From: a virus
Taxonomy: Duplodnaviria; Caudoviricetes
Length of the DNA stretch: 30,736 bases
IMG/VR virus record: IMGVR_UViG_3300025647_000175
Span: 1-30,736 of that record
Reading direction: 5' to 3' (one strand)
Part shown: in pieces, positions 26,481 to 30,736 of the stretch
How positions within the stretch are numbered: position 1 is the first letter of the stretch
Layout of the letters: each line of letters starts with the position of its first letter
Made by a program: the position numbers and the translations under genes
The notes under the pieces: generated by a model
The model's input: only the letters and a program-made list of their open reading frames with translations
The model's database searches: none
Told to the model about the DNA's origin: nothing

Positions 26481-27815
26481 ATGACCGTTGCCAGTTCCAC
26501 AAGTACCGTCAGCTACGCAGGCGATGGCGCGACCGTGGCGTTTTCCGTCCCGTACTACTTCCTCGCCGACGGCGACTTGGTGGTTTACGTGGTGGTGGAC
26601 TCCACAAGCGTACCCACGATCAAGACCCTCACCACCCATTACACCGTGACGGGCGCTGGCAATCTGGCGGGCGGTACGGTCACGATGCTCACCGCCCCCG
26701 CCTCTGGCGAGACGATCCACATCGACAGGTGGGTGACGCCTACCCAGGGTGTGGACTACGTGGAGAATGACGACTTCCCCGCCGAGACGCATGAGCAAGC
26801 CCTCGACCGGCTCACGATGCTGGCGCAGCAGGCTTTCACCAGGACTGGTGGTGCGGCTTTCTACGTTGGTGCGACACAACTCATGTCCCTCTCGGCCACT
26901 GACCTCAGCGCATGGGATGCCGACTCCAAACGCATCACAAATGGCGCGGACGCAACAGCGGCTACGGACTACGTAACGTTGCAGCAGTTGCAGGCTGCGG
27001 AAGTGAGTGGCGGCAACCTGCCTACGGTTACTGGTGATGATAAGTTCCTCGTTGCGGCAAGTGATGCGTGGGCTGTGGAAACAGCAACGCAAGCCCGGAC
27101 TTCGCTTGGGCTTGGTACGGCGGCGGTGGTTGATACGGGGACCGACGCTGGCGACGTACCCCTCAACAGCGATCTCGGCTCTGCCTCGCTGGTGGATACG
27201 GGCGTGGCCAATGGAAACGTACCCGTTATGGACGCCACGGGCTACCCGGCTGCGGACGGTTCGCAGATCACGGGGTTGACTGGCGCGCAGGGCGCAAGCC
27301 TTGTCCTCATCGAAACCGTCACGGCATCCAACACCGCCACGATCGACTTCGCCACTGGCATAAGTTCGACGTACAGGACGTACCTCGTTGTCCTCAGTAA
27401 CGTCGTACCCGCGACTGACGCGGTGCAGTTGCTTATGCGGTTTTCAGATGACGCGGGCAGTACGTGGAAGTCTGGTGCATCTGACTACGCATGGGCTGTT
27501 ACGGGTGGTGATGGTACAGCACGAAATGGCACTGACACCGCAGACACCGCCATATCGCTCTCTCACGCGACGTACACCGTGGGTAGCGATACGTCCGAAG
27601 GTCTATCTGGTGTGGCTCGCATCCACAACCCCGCCGGCACAACTACATTCCAGTTCGCCGAGGGTCAAACCTTCTGCATCCAAGGTGCAGGCACACCCCT
27701 GATCCTCTCGTTTGGTGGCGCGTACCTCACCGCAGTTGCAATCACCGGCATCCAGTTCCTGTTTTCAAGCGGGAATGTGGAGTCGGGTGTGTTTAAGCTG
27801 TATGGGGTGAAGTAA
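26481..27815 (+). CDS. tail fibre protein (T7 gp17-like N-terminal anchor)
   Basis: ATG 26481 after GGAGA; YAGDGATVAFSVPYYF...HEQALDRLTMLAQQ anchor; KRITNGAD..AATDYVT; C-terminal FKLYGVK. Confidence 0.88.
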   Translation: MTVASSTSTVSYAGDGATVAFSVPYYFLADGDLVVYVVVDSTSVPTIKTLTTHYTVTGAGNLAGGTVTMLTAPASGETIHIDRWVTPTQGVDYVENDDFPAETHEQALDRLTMLAQQAFTRTGGAAFYVGATQLMSLSATDLSAWDADSKRITNGADATAATDYVTLQQLQAAEVSGGNLPTVTGDDKFLVAASDAWAVETATQARTSLGLGTAAVVDTGTDAGDVPLNSDLGSASLVDTGVANGNVPVMDATGYPAADGSQITGLTGAQGASLVLIETVTASNTATIDFATGISSTYRTYLVVLSNVVPATDAVQLLMRFSDDAGSTWKSGASDYAWAVTGGDGTARNGTDTADTAISLSHATYTVGSDTSEGLSGVARIHNPAGTTTFQFAEGQTFCIQGAGTPLILSFGGAYLTAVAITGIQFLFSSGNVESGVFKLYGVK

Positions 27816-27819
27816 GAAG

Positions 27820-28092
27820 CTACTTCGTCATTGCATCTGGAAGCGTGCCGAGGCGTGTTTCAATGCGGATCGTGGCGTTGTAGATGTACTCCTGCCGCTG
27901 CTCGACCTTGCTTATCCGCTTGGAGTGATCCGCTAGTGTCATATCAATCTTCGTTGCAATTGTCGCGTCGTCACGCGCCGAGTCAATTGCTGCTGACACT
28001 ATTGGATTGATTATGCCGAAGGCAACGATAATCGCGCCACAGACAAGACCAATAGGAATCATGGTTTTTCCATCAAGTACGCTGACGTTCAC
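27820..28092 (-). CDS. single-TM membrane protein with coiled-coil tail (possible lysis accessory)
   Basis: IPIGLVCGAIIVAFGII hydrophobic segment followed by heptad-like region; GGAGG RBS. Confidence 0.55.
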   Translation of the reverse strand: MNVSVLDGKTMIPIGLVCGAIIVAFGIINPIVSAAIDSARDDATIATKIDMTLADHSKRISKVEQRQEYIYNATIRIETRLGTLPDAMTK

Positions 28093-28307
28093 GTTTGGAC
28101 CTCCGGGCTGGTAGGTTTCGGCTTGCCATGCAATACATTTGCTACATGGTCGATGGCTGAAAGTAACTGCTCGTTGGTTGCCTCATCCGTCAGCACGACG
28201 ATAACCGACTTGCGATCCTGCTTATAATCACCATGCCCGCGCATAAGGGCATAGTCGGCACTTCGGCCAATCCAAACCGCTTCACGTTCGATGGTGGATA
28301 GCGTCAT
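28089..28307 (-). CDS. hypothetical protein
   Basis: Tightly packed between neighbours with GTGA overlap; no family recognised. Confidence 0.55.
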   Translation of the reverse strand: MTLSTIEREAVWIGRSADYALMRGHGDYKQDRKSVIVVLTDEATNEQLLSAIDHVANVLHGKPKPTSPEVQT

Positions 28308-28310
28308 GGG

Positions 28311-29012
28311 TTAGCCGCCGCTTCCCGGCGTCACGTTCACGTCAACAGGGATGTTGGGGTTGGCGGTTGCCGTGGGGGTTTGGTTGGTGGTATTGCCTTG
28401 GGTGGGCGATTGAGTAGGGGTTTGCGTTTGGCCCTGCGTTGTACCTTCGGTAGAACCACTGATTGTGGCGCTGGCGGAAGGGCTGTACTCGGCGTTTTGA
28501 GCGATGATGAGGGTTTCGATAGGGCCGCTGGCCGATCCTGTGACCTTGCCATTCTCATCGACCGACCATGTTACGGAAGCCTGACCGGGTGTATCACCCG
28601 CCCTACGGTTTGGCTTATCACCCACACCCGCCTGTGCGCCGCCGGCTGCAGCCGCTACATTGTTATCACCCTGCCCCGCTCGCTGTTGCCCCGTCTGCGG
28701 GGTGGCTTGGCGTGCGGCCTGCGGGGTTGTGTTGGTTGCTGATGCTGGCGCGCAACCGACGATTGACAGGGAGGGTAGGAGCATGAGGGCAATGACCAAT
28801 GCCCCACCTGCCGCCCGCTTCACCCCGCCGCGGTTGACTTGATACCCCATCGCCACAAGCACCGCGCCGAGGATTGCGGCGATCTTCTCGCGTGGCGACC
28901 CTGCTGCGAAGTGGTCGCTCACGACGAGGGCTGAAACGATGGTGGCTGCGACAGAAAGCCAGAACTCAGTTGTTTTGTATCCGGGTTTGACTTCGGCGGT
29001 TGACTTGGCCAT
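28311..29012 (-). CDS. holin-like membrane protein with internal lipobox-like signal and T/Q/G-rich tail
   Basis: AAGGAA RBS; KPGYKTTEFW motif plus two hydrophobic helices, then KR-hydrophobic-IVGC, then low-complexity tail. Confidence 0.55.
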   Translation of the reverse strand: MAKSTAEVKPGYKTTEFWLSVAATIVSALVVSDHFAAGSPREKIAAILGAVLVAMGYQVNRGGVKRAAGGALVIALMLLPSLSIVGCAPASATNTTPQAARQATPQTGQQRAGQGDNNVAAAAGGAQAGVGDKPNRRAGDTPGQASVTWSVDENGKVTGSASGPIETLIIAQNAEYSPSASATISGSTEGTTQGQTQTPTQSPTQGNTTNQTPTATANPNIPVDVNVTPGSGG

Positions 29013-29091
29013 GACGGGTTCCTTACCTGTTTTGGGGTTTAGCTTTGCAGTAATATCATAAGTAAACTACACCTTTGCAGCAACGATCAAT

Positions 29092-29835
29092 TCAAAGGCC
29101 GACCGCCTCCAATTCTTCTCGTTCCGCAAGCCTTGACTGGAACGCCCCGAAATTGCGGGGTGGTCTGGACACGCCAATATAAAAAGACTCGGCGTACAAG
29201 AGAGTTGCGGCGGGAAACTCAAGGTATCCAACCCATTCTCCATCAAAAATATTTGGATGTGATAGGGTCGCCCGCTTACTGAGGTTTATGCTTTGCCCCA
29301 CATAAACAATATCGCCGTACTCGTCGCGTACAAAATAAACACCAGATGATTCAGGAAGCCCATCGCCATCGCAAGTCGCTGGAAGCCGGAGTGGGGGGAT
29401 TGGGGGATACGCATCTGACCAGTACGGCGGGGCTTTGGGGTCAGGGCGTATCTGGATTGCGTTTGCGGTGTGACGGCTGATTGCGCGAAGCCTATCCTCG
29501 ACCTCAGCCTCTATACGACGATCACGATCAGCGCGTTCCAGTTTATACAAATACCCATAATCAAGATTCACATTCCCAATCTCTTGTAGCCGATCTAGCG
29601 ATTCCGGGGCTATCCGACTCAATATTTCGGCGTATAGGCCACTCGGAACATGGTTCCAGCGGACAGCACACATGATGCACGCGGACAGATGCTCGATAAC
29701 CGCAATTAGTTCGCGGTTTTTGCCGGTGGCAATGATGTGCTTGACCTCACTATCGTCACACGACTTTACCCAACACTCATGCCCACCACCCCTACAGCGT
29801 CGAACGCCAGAATCAGCCATTTCAAGAATCTCCAT
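29092..29835 (-). CDS. GIY-YIG domain protein
   Basis: C-terminal SGVYFVRDEYGDIVYVGQSINLSKR...H...E...N pattern. Confidence 0.7.
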   Translation of the reverse strand: MEILEMADSGVRRCRGGGHECWVKSCDDSEVKHIIATGKNRELIAVIEHLSACIMCAVRWNHVPSGLYAEILSRIAPESLDRLQEIGNVNLDYGYLYKLERADRDRRIEAEVEDRLRAISRHTANAIQIRPDPKAPPYWSDAYPPIPPLRLPATCDGDGLPESSGVYFVRDEYGDIVYVGQSINLSKRATLSHPNIFDGEWVGYLEFPAATLLYAESFYIGVSRPPRNFGAFQSRLAEREELEAVGL

Positions 29836-29841
29836 GTAGAA

Positions 29842-30195
29842 TTAAAGGTCGGCTATTGTCAGTTCTTCTCGCCTCACCGTCCACACTTTCCGCTTGCCTC
29901 TCGCCCCCCGCTTCGCCCACGACACCACCTCGAACCTCCCGCCTGCCTTGAGCCAGTCTTGCAACGCCTCTTGCTCCAGCGCCTTCGTCCTGCGTGCCGC
30001 GTGACTCGACCCAGCGCACGCCTGAATACCGACCACGCCAACACCCTCACGCACCGCGACAATGTCGATGCAGCCGAACAGGTCGATGCGCCTGCGGGAG
30101 TATTGACACCACCGCTCGACCACCTGCACCTTGAATCCAAGGTCGCGGAAGTATGCGAGAGTGCGCTGTGTGGGTGAATTACTTGCCACGTTCAC
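29842..30195 (-). CDS. PD-(D/E)XK-like nuclease / resolvase-like protein
   Basis: SPTQRTLAYFRDLG...VVERW...DLFGCIDIVAV...GIQAC pattern of small phage restriction-endonuclease-fold proteins. Confidence 0.6.
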   Translation of the reverse strand: MNVASNSPTQRTLAYFRDLGFKVQVVERWCQYSRRRIDLFGCIDIVAVREGVGVVGIQACAGSSHAARRTKALEQEALQDWLKAGGRFEVVSWAKRGARGKRKVWTVRREELTIADL

Positions 30196-30593
30196 GCCCC
30201 CCTCGCATCGCGCGCGGCGGATTTGGCAAGGGCGCGGGTGGAGTACAGCGCCGTCGTGTACGGGTCGCTTTCATCCGCCATTACATTACCGCCATCAGTT
30301 ATGTCAATCGGGTGTCCGTATTGAACGCGGACACGGAGTAAATCAGCGCCTGCTACGCGACCGTCAATTGTGCCTGTGCGGAACGCACAATAGACGTACA
30401 TCCCCGGAACGATCGGCACGCCGTCAGCCGTCTTTGGCAGCTTTTCGACGATGGCACGCAGGCGGGTGAGTTGGTCAAGCCTTGCTGTGACGACTTCCCA
30501 CGCATCACCTACGCCGGTGTCGGGTTCAGTAAAGCCCGCGACGTTTTCAATCGTGCGGATAGCTCCATCAAGTTGCTCGTCGTTGTTACTCAT
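30192..30593 (-). CDS. hypothetical protein (LPKTADGVP motif)
   Basis: ATG 30593 overlaps the end of the upstream ORF; GTGA coupling to the next gene. Confidence 0.6.
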   Translation of the reverse strand: MSNNDEQLDGAIRTIENVAGFTEPDTGVGDAWEVVTARLDQLTRLRAIVEKLPKTADGVPIVPGMYVYCAFRTGTIDGRVAGADLLRVRVQYGHPIDITDGGNVMADESDPYTTALYSTRALAKSAARDARGA

Positions 30594-30736
30594 CTGCGGC
30601 CTGCCTTTCCTGTTGCCCGCACTCGTCGGGTGCGTTCCAAGTAAACGAACCATCGCGGGGGTCGTAGTGCGCGTGGCCGTGGTCGATGGCCTCGCGCTGT
30701 ATGTCTCGGCGTTCGGTGAGTCTCGCGGAGGTATCG
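30586..30736 (-). CDS. hypothetical protein, C-terminal fragment entering from beyond the window
   Basis: Open frame DTSARLTERRDIQREAIDHGHAHYDPRDGSFTWNAPDECGQQERQAADE, stop at 30586-30588. Confidence 0.55.
   Translation of the reverse strand, partial: DTSARLTERRDIQREAIDHGHAHYDPRDGSFTWNAPDECGQQERQAADE

Noticed and set aside
26481-27815. Diversity-generating retroelement as in BPP-1
   Set aside because: No reverse transcriptase and no template/variable repeat pair differing at adenines seen in this window.
29043-29080. Direct repeat CTTTGCAG twice, 30 nt apart, upstream of the holin-like gene
   Set aside because: Only two 8-mers with no clear promoter consensus; too weak to call.
1-30736. 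tRNA, rRNA, integrase or att sites
   Set aside because: No cloverleaf, rRNA-like sequence, recombinase gene or host genes recognised, so prophage versus free phage cannot be decided.

Overview
The window is a ~31 kb segment of a tailed dsDNA phage with a podovirus-type virion module, ordered like BPP-1/T7: terminase, head-tail connector, scaffold, major capsid, decoration protein, tail tubular A/B, GNAT, three internal virion proteins, tail fibre. It has three blocks. (1) 1-3571, minus strand: seven consecutive small early-type genes (DUF3560-like, ArdC-N-like, several very acidic proteins). Each has the identical 11-mer TTGAAGGGTAA 4-5 nt before its ATG, and the spacers fall into three homologous classes (promoter, hairpin, short). 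This looks like a modular gene-cassette array and is the most unusual feature. (2) 3697-27815, mostly plus strand: packaging and structural genes, with a ~5 kb accessory insert between the portal region and scaffold (SGNH hydrolase, LamG-like, 22-aa-repeat/PKD protein, sulfotransferase). (3) 27820-30736, minus strand: possible lysis/membrane genes, a GIY-YIG protein, a PD-(D/E)XK-like nuclease and small hypotheticals. No integrase, polymerase, reverse transcriptase, tRNA, CRISPR array or recognisable endolysin was seen. All family assignments come from manual motif recognition and synteny; no searches were run.
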